Origin: Macrostomum hystrix
Lineage: Eukaryota > Animalia > Platyhelminthes
Direction: 5' to 3'
NCBI GenBank assembly: GCA_950097015.1
Contig: CATNEN010000038.1
Location: 24,614,001 to 24,678,000 of the forward strand
DNA length: 64,000 bases
The notes beneath the pieces are model-generated. The model ran no database searches. It was not told the origin of the DNA and saw nothing but the letters and a program-made list of their open reading frames with translations. The position numbers and the translations under genes were made by a program. This document shows, in pieces, positions 21,548 to 34,185 of the stretch. Numbering within the stretch: position 1 is the first letter of the stretch; each line of letters begins with the position of its first letter.

Positions 21548-24500
21548 ATGGACAAATCCGTGCATGGATCTACCAACTTCCTTTGCGTTCCATCGTCACA
21601 TTCGCGCACGTCGCCCAGAACAGAATCGGTACCCAACTCGCCGAAGCAGCAGCTGCACCAGATGCAACACCATCCATCGCCCAGGCTAAATCTCCAGGTG
21701 CATCATCCGCACCCACGGTGCAATAGCAGCAGTGGCGTCATCGGTGGAGCGAGCGTTAGTAGCGGCGGCAAAGGCAGCGGCAACGGTGCCTGTCTCGGAC
21801 GCGATCGTTCGTTGAAGGGCCGCTTTTACCGCGGTGGATTTGTGGCCTCGAGTGAACACCTGACAGATCCGGGCGTCACCAAGCAGGCCTCTTTGCCAGA
21901 CCGAATGCTGCCGCCGTCGGCAGCAGACAGAAGGGCAGCTGCCACTGCTGCCGCCTCAGCAGGCGCCGTAACAGCATCGAGAACTTCCTCTCCGGGCCTG
22001 AAGCCTCGAGCGGGATCGCAGAAGCACAGCAAGCTGCCGTTTATACGACACTTCAAGCGATTTAATAGCAGCAAAAATGTCGAAGACTGGAGCTCGGAGA
22101 CTTTCCGATCCAACTCGCTCCTGCAGGATGCCAACCGGCTTTATGAGGCGGTCGAGTACAACGACGTCGCTGCAGCTAAGGCTATCCTAGCCCGCAGACC
22201 GCTGCTAAAGAACTGCATCAACGACCTTCAGCTGAGCCCGTTAGACATGGCTCTGATTCGAGGCCACCAGAGCATGGCGCTGCTCCTGCTCAGCCAGGAT
22301 GCTGTCAGCAATCCGCGGCTGCTGCACTCCATGGAGCGCCATCTGGTGGAGACCGTCCACCGTCTAGCTGAGGAACTTGTCAGCGCCTCAGCTAAACTGC
22401 TCAGCAGATCGTCCAGCAGCAGTAGCCAGGACGCGGAAGAGGAGCTGGAGAGTCTGGAGCACAGCCACCGGCTTGCGCAGCAGCTACTGGCTGATTTTCG
22501 ACTCACGCCACCGGCCTCAATGCCCGCCTGCGTCAGCCTGGAAGTGTCCGGCCCGGAGTCTCTGAAGGTGACGGTGACGCCACAGCCGGCCTGGGCTGTA
22601 GTTCGCTACCGCATTGAATGGGCTCACACTGAGGCTTTCTGCCAGCCGCTCGGTCGTCGCGAAGTTGAAGGACGCCTGCCAAGGGCCGCCTACCAGATCC
22701 ACCGGCTGTCGCCCGGCCAACCAGTCTTCGTTCGTGTGGCCGCCTTCAATCTGATCGGCTGGAGCGCTCCGAAACCTTCGCTGCCGGCTTGCCTCGCGCC
22801 GTCGGCCTGGTGGCAGGTGTCCGGGGCGAGCTCCAGCTGCCCAAGGCCTGCCAGCCCGACAGGGGCCGAGGTGGCCGAGCTGCGCGACTCCACAGCGGAC
22901 GAGCTCACCGGCTGGCTCTTCGGCGGCGTAGAAGACATTGACCCAAACACGACGACGACATCGGCTGTGTCCAATGCTTCTGCAATTGGCGCAATGTCGC
23001 AGGGGTCGGACCATACGGGACCGTCGTCGGCAGCGATGCGATCACCGCTGCGCAAGCGCTCCAGTCTACACAAGCTCTTCTCAAGCGGTAACAAATTTGT
23101 GCGCCGCCCAAAGCAGGGTCTCTACCTGAGTGTTCTCATGCACACCGGGGAAAAGCTCCTGCTAAATGAAGATTCGCTTCCTCACACGCCTGTGGAGTCC
23201 GACTCGTTAAAGCCGGCGACGTTGCAGTCGGAGATCGGCTGGCTGAATCGGCTAATTGCAGACGGTGCTGCGCTGAGGCCGCTGGCTCTGCGGCTCGAGC
23301 GGCTCGCGGCGCCGCCGGGTTCGCAGCAGGTGCTGCGTCTGGCTCTGATACAGGCTGCGAGACGCCTGCAGGAGGCTCTTGGCACCTGCCAGCTGGGCCA
23401 GGTGAGCAACAGACCATTGATCAGATTGTATTAAATGAAACAGACAGCGAACAGGGGCAGGACTTCGCATCTCTTAGATATTTTCCAGTCTCAGGGTTCG
23501 CTACATACGATTTAATACTAACAGATAAAACTTTCGCAATTCAGATTTGCGATTTAGAGTATTAAAAACAGTTCTCAGTAGCATCAAATAGTATGTTCTC
23601 AGGAATAATGTCTGCTGAATTCGTCAGGTCTATCCGCGCATACTCGGCGAGGACATCGGGTCAGCTGTGGCTACGTCGGCTCGTTTCATAGTTCTGGTCT
23701 GTCGACTGGCCTCCACTCGCCGCGCCGACCCACCGGCCGCCTTTCGCTGGTTGTCGCTGACCTCACTGGGTCGAGCAGCGACTGAAGATCCTGTGCTAGC
23801 TGGCCATCTCGATGAAATAATCACATTCTCGACTCGCTCGCTGGTTGCCATGGATACTGGTCTCTACCTGGGCTATCTGAAGCTATACAGCTCCCTGGAC
23901 AGTGTGAGCATTCTGGTTGACAGCGGGCAGCCGAACTGCGTGCCCTGCATACGGCTGCGCACGAATTCCCACGTCAGTGAGCAGGAGTGGCGCCAGATCG
24001 CATCCAGCGAGGCCGACTTCAGCGGCACCGGCGCCAGCGGCAGCTTTCGTCGCCTACTGCGGGCTGGTCTGGATCGCCTGTGCTGCGAGCAGCTGCAGCT
24101 GAGCACTGATCGGCGCGAACTGAGAAGCCGCCTGCGCCTGTACACTGGCCAGGTGGTGCAGCTAGCTCCGCGGGTCAGTCTATTGCTGGTGTTTCCCCTG
24201 CCTGAGCAGGTGTGCGAGCCTCCCGGCGGGCTGGCGGGATCCCCTGTCCTTCCTCCGGGCTGTTCTCGCCTACCGCTGAGCCAGTTTGAGCACCTCAGTT
24301 TGAGCACCTACGCAAGTCGTTGGTATCCAGATTTGGCTTCGCTCGGAGCCCAACTGGACCTACTAATAGCCATGGCAATGCATGCCCAGCGACAAGCCTT
24401 CACAGATGCTGAACTGGCTGCTGCCAAGGCTCGTCTAGGCAGGCTGCAGTCGCTGCAGTCTCGTCAGGAGGCCGCCTGCCGTGCGCATCGTTGGCCCGCC

Positions 24501-25106
24501 GTGGTAATCGGCGCAGCGCGCGATCGCACTGGCCAGTCAAGCTGCGTGCGCCTCTGCGAGCGGCCTTCATCGCCAGCTTCGCCGATGCTGTCGCCATCGT
24601 CGCCGAGTGCGCTTGGCGCAGTACGAGGCGCTTCGGCAGGTTGTTCGGCGGCAACGCTGTCTGTGTTCTTTCCGACGCACTCGCAATTTCAAAATCATCA
24701 TCATCAACAGCAGCAGCAGCAGCAGCAGTCAACACCGTGCTCATGCGCCAGCACCATCAGAGTACATGCAGACTATGTTCCTGAGCTGGCTTCGGCCGTG
24801 GTGACTCTCCACGTGACCAATCAGATCACTGCGCGCGAGGTTTGCCACCGGGTTGTCGGTCACGTGAACAAGCTCGCCCTGTCGGCTGATCTATCTGGAT
24901 CTCCCTACTACCCGCCATCCGAGTTCGACCACTTCTGCCTCGTGGCCTGTCTGGGCGATCTCGACAGACCCCTGGGGCACGATTTCCAGCCTCTGCTGAT
25001 GCTGCAGCCGCCGTGGACTGATAGCCGGCTGTGCGTCAGGCACAAGTCTGACCTGTCGCCTGGCTGGTCAGCTAATGACGCAGATTCTGGAGTTATCGAT
25101 TTGTGA
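21548..25106 (+). CDS. ANKFN1: Ankyrin repeat and fibronectin type III domain protein (wide awake/banderuola-like), about 1110 aa; exons 21548-23401 and 23628-25106
   Basis: Two ankyrin repeats (LYEAVEYND, LSPLDMAL), FN3 (RYRIEW...VRVAAFNLIGWS..PS.W), conserved blocks GLYLGYLKL.SS.D and PC.RLRTNSHVSEQEW, and a C-terminal Ras-association-like segment. Phase-0 GT-AG intron at 23402-23627. Confidence 0.88.
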
Positions 25107-26195
25107 AGATTGTGACAGCTTAAGGCTTATGCGTTCATGAGGACACTATCAAGTCACACAAACAGCTTTCCCTTGGACTAATGAGATTTGAGCTCTAACC
25201 TCTAGGCTAGAATCTTCTAATTTAGCCTAGAAGAATAGTTTCATGTGTAATTAATTGCCACTTGCTTAGTTAAAATTTGTGTACTACATGCTTGTTTTCG
25301 TGTTCAATGTATAACTGCACCTGTGATACCATAAACTGCAGCTAGATTAGACATTCAGATTTTGCTAATTAAAAGCGGCTAATACTTCATATTTTATAAT
25401 TCGACTAGAGAAGATCATAAATGTTGCTGCGCGAACCACGAAGCATGCTTGTTTTCGACTTTAAGCTTTATACACAGCTTTGGTCTTGCTTGGATATGAA
25501 GTTTATGATAAATTAACTCTGTTGATATTTTAGCATAGCATTATCTTTAAACGCCCATCATGCATATTATATAGAATTGCAACGCAGCTTTCATAAATAA
25601 ATAGTTTTGCTGATCAAAGTTTCAGAAATCTCTCAAAGATTTCTTTTTCGTGCGAACAGTAAAACAAGAACTTCTAGTCTACCAAACTGTAGTTTTGAAT
25701 TTGTCGTGCCAGGTTAGTATAGGCTAGGTCAACCTTCGCCTCCATAGAGAAGTTGACCGTATCACTTTTTGGGAAAATTGATTCCCAAGTATGGAAGGTT
25801 AGAAAAGAATGTATTATATAAGTCATCTATTAGTTAAGCTTATCGGCTTGCCACGTAGCCATGCACATAGTAGGCACGGTAGCAGACGCGTTCGTAGTTA
25901 TCCGTAGCCTAGTTACGAATAGGCACGATTTTACACACAAAAAGTATACCGAATCACTGCAATGCTTTAAGTCCGTATAGGTTAAGACGCGGTAGTGATT
26001 CATTAACTTGCCGACAGAACACGCCCACGCAATAAATTAATATTATATAAACTGCACCATATATATTCCGAACCCAATCGTTTGGGTAAAAGTGCGTCTG
26101 TTGCATACTTAGACTCGAGAAGCTAGCTAAATTTACAATTGTGCTATCTTTATTTTTTAATTAGTAGCGCCCACATGGTTTTGATTGATAAGTGA

Positions 26196-27177
26196 TAGAA
26201 TAATGCTCACCTGTGTTAGAATGATGCTCACCTGTGCTAGGAGTAATACTCACCTGTGTTAGAATAATACTCACCTGTGTTAGAATGATGCTCACCTGTG
26301 CTAGAATAATACTCACCTGTGTTAGAATAATACTCACCTGTGTTAGAATGATGCTCACCTGTGCTAGAATAATACTCACCTGTGTTAGAATAATACTCAC
26401 CTGTGTTAAAATGATGCTCACCTGTGTTAGAATGATGCTCACCTGTGTTAGAATAATACTCACCTGTGTTAGAATGATGCTCACCTGTGCTAGAATAATA
26501 CTCACCTGTGTTAGAATAATACTCACCTGTGTTAAAATGATGCTCACCTGTGTTAGAATAATGCTCACCTGTGTTAGAATGATACTCACCTGTGTTAGAA
26601 TGATGCTCACCTGTGTTAGAATGATACTCACCTGTGTTAGAATGTTGCTCACCTGTGTTAGAATGATGCTCACCTGTGTTAGAATGATGCTCACCTGTGC
26701 TAGAATAATACTCACCTGTGTTAGAATAATACTCACCTGTGTTAGAATGATGCTCACCTGTGCTAGAATAATACTCACCTGTGTTAGAATAATACTCACC
26801 TGTGTTAAAATGATGCTCACCTGTGTTAGAATGATGCTCACCTGTGTTAGAATAATACTCACCTGTGTTAGAATGATGCTCACCTGTGCTAGAATAATAC
26901 TCACCTGTGTTAGAATAATACTCACCTGTGTTAAAATGATGCTCACCTGTGTTAGAATAATGCTCACCTGTGTTAGAATGATACTCACCTGTGTTAGAAT
27001 GATGCTCACCTGTGTTAGAATGATACTCACCTGTGTTAGAATGTTGCTCACCTGTGTTAGAATGATGCTCACCTGTGTTAGAATGATGCTCACCTGTGTT
27101 AGAATGATGCTCACCTGTGTTAGAATGATGCTCACCTGTGTTAGAATGATGCTCACCTGTGTTAGAATGATGCTGAC
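26196..27177. repeat. 21-bp minisatellite (tgctcacctgtgttagaatga), about 46 copies with higher-order periodicity
   Basis: Tandem array; the rare variant 'atgttg' recurs at 26642 and 27041, 399 bp (19 units) apart. Confidence 0.95.
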
Positions 27178-27824
27178 ATTAACAAAATTCTACGCTGATT
27201 AATTATAATATTTAGGCTAAAAACCGGTCCAAACATTTTTAACACATCGTTGCACCTTTCGAGAGGTTCGTCAGTTTGGGAGCAATTTATCCTAATTAGT
27301 CTGCTGTTGGAACTTCAGTCTAATTGTTGGACAAGACTTATAAGCACTTATAATCGCTTAAAAGACTCGATGGATTTTGGGCACTGCTACAGACCTGCAC
27401 ACGTGCGAGGCCACGAGGGTCGAACAACGTTCAAAGCGAACCACTTCAAAGACAAACACAGCCCAGGGAACGGAACTGTTGTAATTAATTCTACACTGCC
27501 TTTCACGGATTAAATAATCACCTATGAAACAGGCGAGGACTAGCACTTAACATATTGTCTCAAAAGAAAATTAATAATTCATTGCTTCAATTCGTGCCTC
27601 TGTGAAGTGACAGAACTTTCCTCGATTTTAATGGAACGAAGAAAATCTAACGACTCAACTCATAAACGCTCGTCTATTGGCAGACTACACTCTAGAATCT
27701 ACGAGTACGAGCGAATATGTTGGAAAAAAAGTTTCGTAGACTTAAAGGCCACAGACGGTCCGCATTGGCTCCCAGATTTTGATTTGGCCCTCTACCCCCG
27801 TCCTCTCATTATTACTCTACTATG

Positions 27825-27975
27825 GCTCCATCTCTTCCCGTCTCGTCTCTCCGTGTCTTATCTCCCACCCGTGCCTTATCTCTCCCGTGTCTTATCTCTC
27901 CTTTTCTCGTCTCTCCGTGTCTCATCTCTCCCGTGTCTCATCTCTCCAGTCAGTAGCGATTCTACGTGTCTCCAC
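27825..27975. repeat. Short CT-rich minisatellite (ctcccgtgtctcatct family)
   Basis: Same unit family as 12925 and 39345. Confidence 0.7.
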
Positions 27976-28050
27976 TCTCATTTCTTCGCTGGTAATCAAG
28001 GTGAACTAGTTTAAGGTTTCGAACCCCTGCTCTATGGTGTAATGAATAAC

Positions 28051-28098
28051 GGTTTCAGTCAAGTCTATTTATAGGGCCTGTGTGACGGTTTCAGTTGC

Positions 28099-28133
<35 letters not shown>

Positions 28134-28392
28134 TGATTACACCTGCCCCAATATGACCAGATGTGCAGCCGACAGCACAGCCGCAGCACCGCCGCAGCTA
28201 ATGCGCGGCGCATCTGAAGGCTGCTAATAGGATATAAGAATCCCAGGTACCCATTTAACAGCTGGGTGAACTGAAGCAATGCAGAGTTAAGTGTCTTGCT
28301 AAAGGACACAAATTGTTCCAGCGGAGTCGGGAATCGAACCCCCGACCTTCAAGTCGTGAGTCCGACGCCCTAACCACTAGGCTACAACCTCT
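28051..28392 (-). mobile_element. SINE family A copy with internal replacement, (TTA)n tail and 50-bp 3' extension
   Basis: The minus strand reads ggttgtagcctagtggttagggcgtcggactcacgacttgaaggtcgggggttcgattccc.... Bases 28051-28100 are the exact reverse complement of 18892-18941. Confidence 0.85.
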
Positions 28393-29284
28393 CTCTCTAA
28401 ATAATGTTTCAATTTTACGAGTGAATTTAGAGGGGTGTGTTTCAATGATGCCGATTTCGTTCTAGTTTTTCGTCGCTTTGTTGTATTTGCTTTCACCTAT
28501 GCAAGGACACAAGGACACAATAGGAATTTATGCGCTGTTTTTTACAATAATTACTAGCGCGATTTTGCTGCTGCAGCACCGAAAAAACAACAGGCCACCG
28601 ACTCTCTCGCCACCGAAAGGCCTGTCAGCGCAGGAATGGTCGATTAGGACTTTGTCAGTGCAATTTTTCAAGTCTCCATAGTTGCACATCATCATTTCGA
28701 CATCTTTTAAGACGAATCCATGCAACTCGCAATCTCTGCAAGCCGAGCTTCTCTCCTTGTAATCACGGGCCCTCTAGTGAAAGTCGGAGAGACAGGTATT
28801 ATAGGGAGACAGACGATAAGAAGATGAGATGGAATATAATTTCGGTCCTTACCCTCGGGTAATTGAGACACTTGCAGCCGAGCAGGCAAGAGGGACCAGA
28901 GCAGACCTCCTCGGCCCTTCTTTGCGAAACGCACAAGAGTTCGAAAAAGGGAGGAGGAAAAGGCCTCACCTCCCTACACTGCTGTTTTGCTAGTTGGTTG
29001 CATTGTAATTTGCATTCTAAGCCACTGCATTCGCTACTGAATAACATAGAAAAAACCTAGAGATTACTAAGCTGAGTCAGCTAGAGCAACTTCTGCAAAA
29101 CAGCATGGCTTTGCGAAAAAATAATAATACGCTCGTATGACCAAGGACCTTCTTTCAAGCCTCAAAACGCAAATATTTAAATTTTGAGGTGCAACCTACT
29201 ACTGTATCTACGATTGGAAAAGGTTTTGGGTTTACATGTGGCTACAGGGGTTCACCTGAGATGCAGGAAGAATTTAGAAGTGAT

Positions 29285-29725
29285 TAACTAACAGTAGCAA
29301 GACTACGATACACAGGTTATTTCACTATGGGGAAGAGCACAGGGGTGTTACCTGTGTAACACCCACTCCCTACTTCATGATAGCTCCCAAACCGAATGAC
29401 CGAATTTCGTGAAAGTGCATCACGTGGATCAACGTTTTCCGCCCTTTTCGATAAACTGCATTCCAAGCCGCCCGACGACAGGATATTCGAAATATTCAGC
29501 TATTCCTGTCGAAGACCCTAACTAAAATTCCTCTGTAAAACTTTAATTTTGTTAGCAGAGAATGGATATATTGGTGGTTTTTGCCACCAGACACAACCGA
29601 CGAGAATCGTTGAATCGAGAATCTCGACGATACCGATGTTTGTGATTCTTGAAGTCGTTTAATTTAATATAGTTGAAAATGTTGGCCCGAGTTCTGGATT
29701 TTCATTGCGATTGGTAGAACATTTT
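29285..29725. mobile_element. Dispersed repeat family C with an internal imperfect palindrome
   Basis: Collinear with 59650-60010; begins taacagtag. Confidence 0.65.
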
Positions 29726-30841
29726 GAGAGATACTGAAAGGATGTGTGGGTATTTAAAGTGCCCCGTAGTGTTTTTACTATTCAGTAAAGTCCAGCTGTA
29801 AACTATTAGTCTAGACACAATGCGAGATGATAAAATAGGGTGCAGCTGCACTGTTTCACGCACTCCTTGAACAATAGGGCCTGATTGCATTTTTACATGC
29901 CGAATAGAATGCCATAATATTCATAGATATGAAAACATTTTGCAAAAGGATAGTAGAGAGACATGCATGACGCACAGTTAAGCCAGAATGTGAATAATTA
30001 AAACGGTGCACAATCATACGTACAAATTTTCATAGACACTCTATGTACCAGATGCCCAGTTTAAATGTACAACGCCAGTTTGAGTTTGAAGCCATCCTAT
30101 AAGTGCTTTCTTGCTGCCTCAGGTTGCTGAGGTGACCGAGCGTATAATTACAAAACTTTTTTTGAAAGGCGAACGGAAACAGACTGCCTAATAATCAAAA
30201 CCTAACATAGGTAAGCCAACAAAGAGGCATAGAAACATTATTACTCAACGTGCTCAGATTTCCTCTGTAAACTATATTGCACGCACCATATGTGCCATCA
30301 TCGTGATGGACAGAAGATCAGCAGATACAGAAGCTTGAAATCCTATAGCATCAACGACATTCGACTTATCATTTCGCATTGTTTTAGTGCGCAGAATAAA
30401 TAAAGGCAGATCGAATGAAGTCCTATAAGCTTGACGTGTCCGATAAGAGTGCAATAAATATTTTTTATTGCCCCAGCTGGGCAAGTATACCCCCTATCAG
30501 TTTGACGTCCTTATAAAGATTAAGCTTGCGTGCCAAATACAGGTAAGTTATTAAACGACTTAGGCCTCCAATTGCTACGGCAGAGACAATCGCCAATACA
30601 AAAAGCATGACGCGAGAAACCTTAATTGTAACAAATATTATATGCTTGAATTCGCTGAGCATTTGTACACAGTTGAGCATTATTGCAAAAAGTTAATTAA
30701 ATCTAGCTTATATTTGCTGATCACAATCTTATTTGCACATGTCGTTAAGTATATTCGAGTTTTTTCGGATACAGATGAATATTGTAGAAACTCCAGCTTA
30801 TATAAATACCTCAAACAAAGGAACAAAACGATACTCACGAA

Positions 30842-32608
30842 ATGGACGAAACAAAAATAGTAAAAATCCTGCAGCTCGATAACGCAGTTGAACTGAAATC
30901 TTTCTTGCTGCAAACTGAGCTGCTTAGCTTGGAGAAAAGCGATCTGTTACTGACAAAGGTTTGGACGCCGCTGCACCAGGATACAATTTAGCCCAGCGGA
31001 GATTGTGTGGAATTCTTAAAGGCGCATTCAACTTTGTTCGAGGTAGCGTTTTGCACTTTGTCTATCAACTGCTTGCACCAAATGTTGGAGGCGAGTGACC
31101 CGAATGACTTGAGCAAAATTTTGAGCAAGACATGCCCGCTTCAGTGCCTGATAAGTCAGCTAACTGTCGCCGGTGCGGATGCGACCGGACAAGATGCAGC
31201 TGTGCAGTTTCTCAACCAAATGCGCAGTCGGCACTGGGAAGTACTGCTAAGATGCATGGATACGGAGTCCTGCAATGGCTATAACGCGCTGGAGTGGGCC
31301 GTGATTCATAAACAGTTTCGTGTTGCATACTGGATATTGGACTCGCCAAGGTATCTAGTCAATGTCCAGTACAACCTCGGGCTGAAGAAGGGCACGCTGG
31401 ACTTGACTGAATACAGCTTTCCCTGGGGCGAGCGACTGTATAGAAATCCACTGAACACCCTAGCCGAGACTGTTGGCGGCGATGTTAAAGTTGAGCAGGA
31501 TGTTAAAGAGTTTATGGATTCCACAATAGTTAGCGCCTGGACTGAACATATGGCAAAAAAAGTACAGGAAGTTGGTGATTGCGAAGGTTTCTGTCACGGC
31601 TTTGTTTAAGATTCTGTTCGTCATGCTCGGCAGTATGGCATTGTACAGAAGCGTGTACTTTGGACCAAACTTTCGCGACGTGTTGTCAAGTAACTGGTCG
31701 AGACAGTGCGCAATGCTGCAAGTATTCAACATGCTATCTGAGTCTGACGGGGCATACTACACCACTTGCATTCTGTCCTACGTGAGTACGATTGTGCTAA
31801 TATCTGAAGCACTTGCTGTTTTCTCATGTGTGATCATTTATTTGTGCGTCACGAAATTTGGAACTCCAAGACGGCGGCTGATTCTTAATAGCACAGTGAT
31901 GGAGCCGATGTTCACAATGTCTCTCGTGTTCGTTGGAGCGATGCCTGTTATGTGCGTCTTCCACACAATGAAAAAAGTCCCCTATAATGAGGTGCCGACA
32001 AATATCGAAGAGTTCTGGAAGTACAGCAGCGACCATGATACGAACGGAATCAACACAACAGACTGGTTTGTCTTCATTCTTTGCTGGACCACGGTTCTGT
32101 TTGCAACCGCTTTCGAGTGGACACAGGTTGCAGATCACATGTGTCTGGTGTGGAAAACGGCAGTGACTTTTTTCAGTACTTTGACGTAGTAATCTTCGCG
32201 GCAGTTATACTCTGTTTCTGGATCATCAGTTCCATTGTGCCGTGCGAGCCGAGCTTTCTCTATGCATCGCAGAGTAATGTGCTCAGAATCTGGACTGCCG
32301 TGTACAAAGCAATCTTATTTGGCAGCATGTCGGACAGTTCTAGCAACAGGCTCGGCGTGTTTGCCATGGTGATGCACGTGCTGTTGTACTTGTTCCTCTT
32401 CAACTTTCTCATAGCCATCATGGCCGACAGGATCTCGACAATATCTGCTAACCTGCGCCACGTGGCACTTGGAAACAGGTTGAACATTACCTTCTACGTT
32501 GAGTTCAGCTTTGCGTGGATTCTGCGCTTCTTGCACAAGAAGAACCCGCTAGGAAAGAGGAGGAAAATAAAAAAGAAGCTGCTTTTAATCAGCCTGCTAA
32601 GGCACTGA
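30842..32608 (+). pseudogene. Intronless TRPV-like (ankyrin + multi-TM) channel, disrupted by an in-frame TAG and two frameshifts
   Basis: ATG at 30842 is in frame with WTPLHQ, then TAG at 30989-30991. Later features: ankyrin-like NGYNALEWAV, TRPV-like YNLG....LDLTEY, several TM helices and S6 LFNFLIAIMAD. Frameshifts occur near the A7 run at about 31555-31561 and near 32160. Confidence 0.6.
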
Positions 32609-33206
32609 AAATGTAATGACGTTCGCAGTTTAATTCTGAATTATATTTTGATGCAGCTTTCTTGCAGCAACAAGTCCTTGAAGAGCGAAGCTTCAGCGAA
32701 ATCGGAAATAAAATATAGATATGACATAGGATTCTGAAAACATGCTAGATGATTATTTAATTTAAGGTCATTTAAAACGTCCGCTGAATAAAAAACTAAA
32801 TGGATAAATTAACGTGTCGCTGCTAAATATATTTATCAAACGGAATAACTTTCGCAGCTCGTATTATGCATTGCATGCTTCACGGCAAATTTCCAAGAAG
32901 CAAAAAGTACAACATGAAGATAGGAAAACTATTTAACAAAGGTTTCTACAAAACAAATACTATTGTTTAACAATGTGAAGAGACTGAATTAAAACACTCA
33001 AATTAACTTTACACAGTTCTCAGTACAAAAACACTAAAATATGATTTCAGATTAAGCAACGGACAAATACAATACTAGTAGCTAGTACTATTATTCAAAA
33101 TCGCTTTTCGAATTGCGAATCTTCAAAACAGATGGAAAAAAAATTAAACTTGTATTTTTTACTTGCAGATACATAAATGATGTTATATTCAGCTAAATAC
33201 ATACTT

Positions 33207-33237
33207 TTCTCATTTGGCCCTTAAAAGGGCCGTTTTT
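33207..33237 (-). other. Histone-mRNA-type 3' stem-loop (AAAAAC GGCCCT TTTA AGGGCC AAATG) followed by a purine-rich run
   Basis: 6-bp stem (33216-33221/33226-33231), UUUA loop and A-rich flanks match the SLBP-bound consensus. It lies about 200 nt 3' of the BBLN stop on the same strand. Confidence 0.6.
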
Positions 33238-33431
33238 AGCCATCAGAAATTTTTTGTCATCGTCCTGAACTCGAAACACAGTACTCGATTCGAGATCTCA
33301 TAGTTTGTTCTTGATTCTTTTTTTAGAAGTTAAAATAGCCTTTACTGTCAATTAATTGTGGGTCTAAATTAGACAACAGATAAAACGTTTTATACGATCG
33401 ATTAGCGAATCAATAAATCGAAGCTCTATTT

Positions 33432-33812
33432 TCACATGGCTTCATCATCCATCGGTGCATCGCCAGCATCGCCGACGGCCGAAGACACGCCGGGAGCAGC
33501 AGTAGCCGCAGAGTTCGCCCCTGTCTGTTTCTCAGCCCGAATCTCGTCCAATAGCTCCACAGCGTCCCGCTTCAGATCCATTGTGGATTGAGCCAAATTG
33601 TTGAGGTAGACGTCAATCTGGTCCACAGTGTTCTCTAAATCAGCGTACTCAGCCAGCAAGCCGAGATCAGAGTCATCAACTTCAGCTGCCGGCGGTAGGC
33701 CAGCGACTGGCTGACTTTCCTCGTTCATCTGATCATCGCCGCTGCCTTGACCAGTTGAGTCGCCGCTTGCTGCTCCGTTCGACGCAAATGATTTGTCCGA
33801 GTTGGCTGTCAT
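33432..33812 (-). CDS. BBLN: Bublin coiled-coil protein (C9orf16/UPF0184-like)
   Basis: Acidic N-terminus, then EYADLENTVDQIDVYLNNLAQSTMDLKRDAVELLDEIR, matching the recalled C9orf16 pattern [38 protein letters not shown]. Confidence 0.7.
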   Translation of the reverse strand: MTANSDKSFASNGAASGDSTGQGSGDDQMNEESQPVAGLPPAAEVDDSDLGLLAEYADLENTVDQIDVYLNNLAQSTMDLKRDAVELLDEIRAEKQTGANSAATAAPGVSSAVGDAGDAPMDDEAM

Positions 33813-33994
33813 GCTGGGTGAGAAAAATCAATTTTCCAAATCTGGAATTTTTTCGTAGTAGAAAACCGATGCTATTTATAAGAATTAGCTAGCCAGAAGG
33901 CAATGCCACCCACCCTACAATCACACAGGGGTGTGTACATCTGCCATGACATTTTTCATCGTCTTCGCGACTGCGCCCCAAATAAATATGGCAG

Positions 33995-34185
33995 TGCACC
34001 TGAAGGCTGCGCACGGCTGTTCAGTCCACGGACTGGGGGGACGCCACAGCCACACTTAATTACCCCAGCTGATTCTGGTACCAATTTAACAGGTGGGTGG
34101 ACTGAAGCAATGGGGAGTTAAGGGTCTTGCAAAAATACGCAAATTTTTCCAGTGGAGTCGAGAACTGAACCCCGACCTTTAAGTC
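33995..34185 (-). mobile_element. SINE family A copy (partial)
   Basis: ctgaaggctgcgcacggctgttcagtccacggactggggg...aattaccccagctga...actgaagcaatg...accccgacctt. Confidence 0.7.

Noticed and set aside
21826-24804. Numerous antisense and alternate-frame ORFs over ANKFN1 (and over TRPM and hnRNP M exons)
   Set aside because: Shadow ORFs of GC-rich coding sequence with no recognisable motifs.
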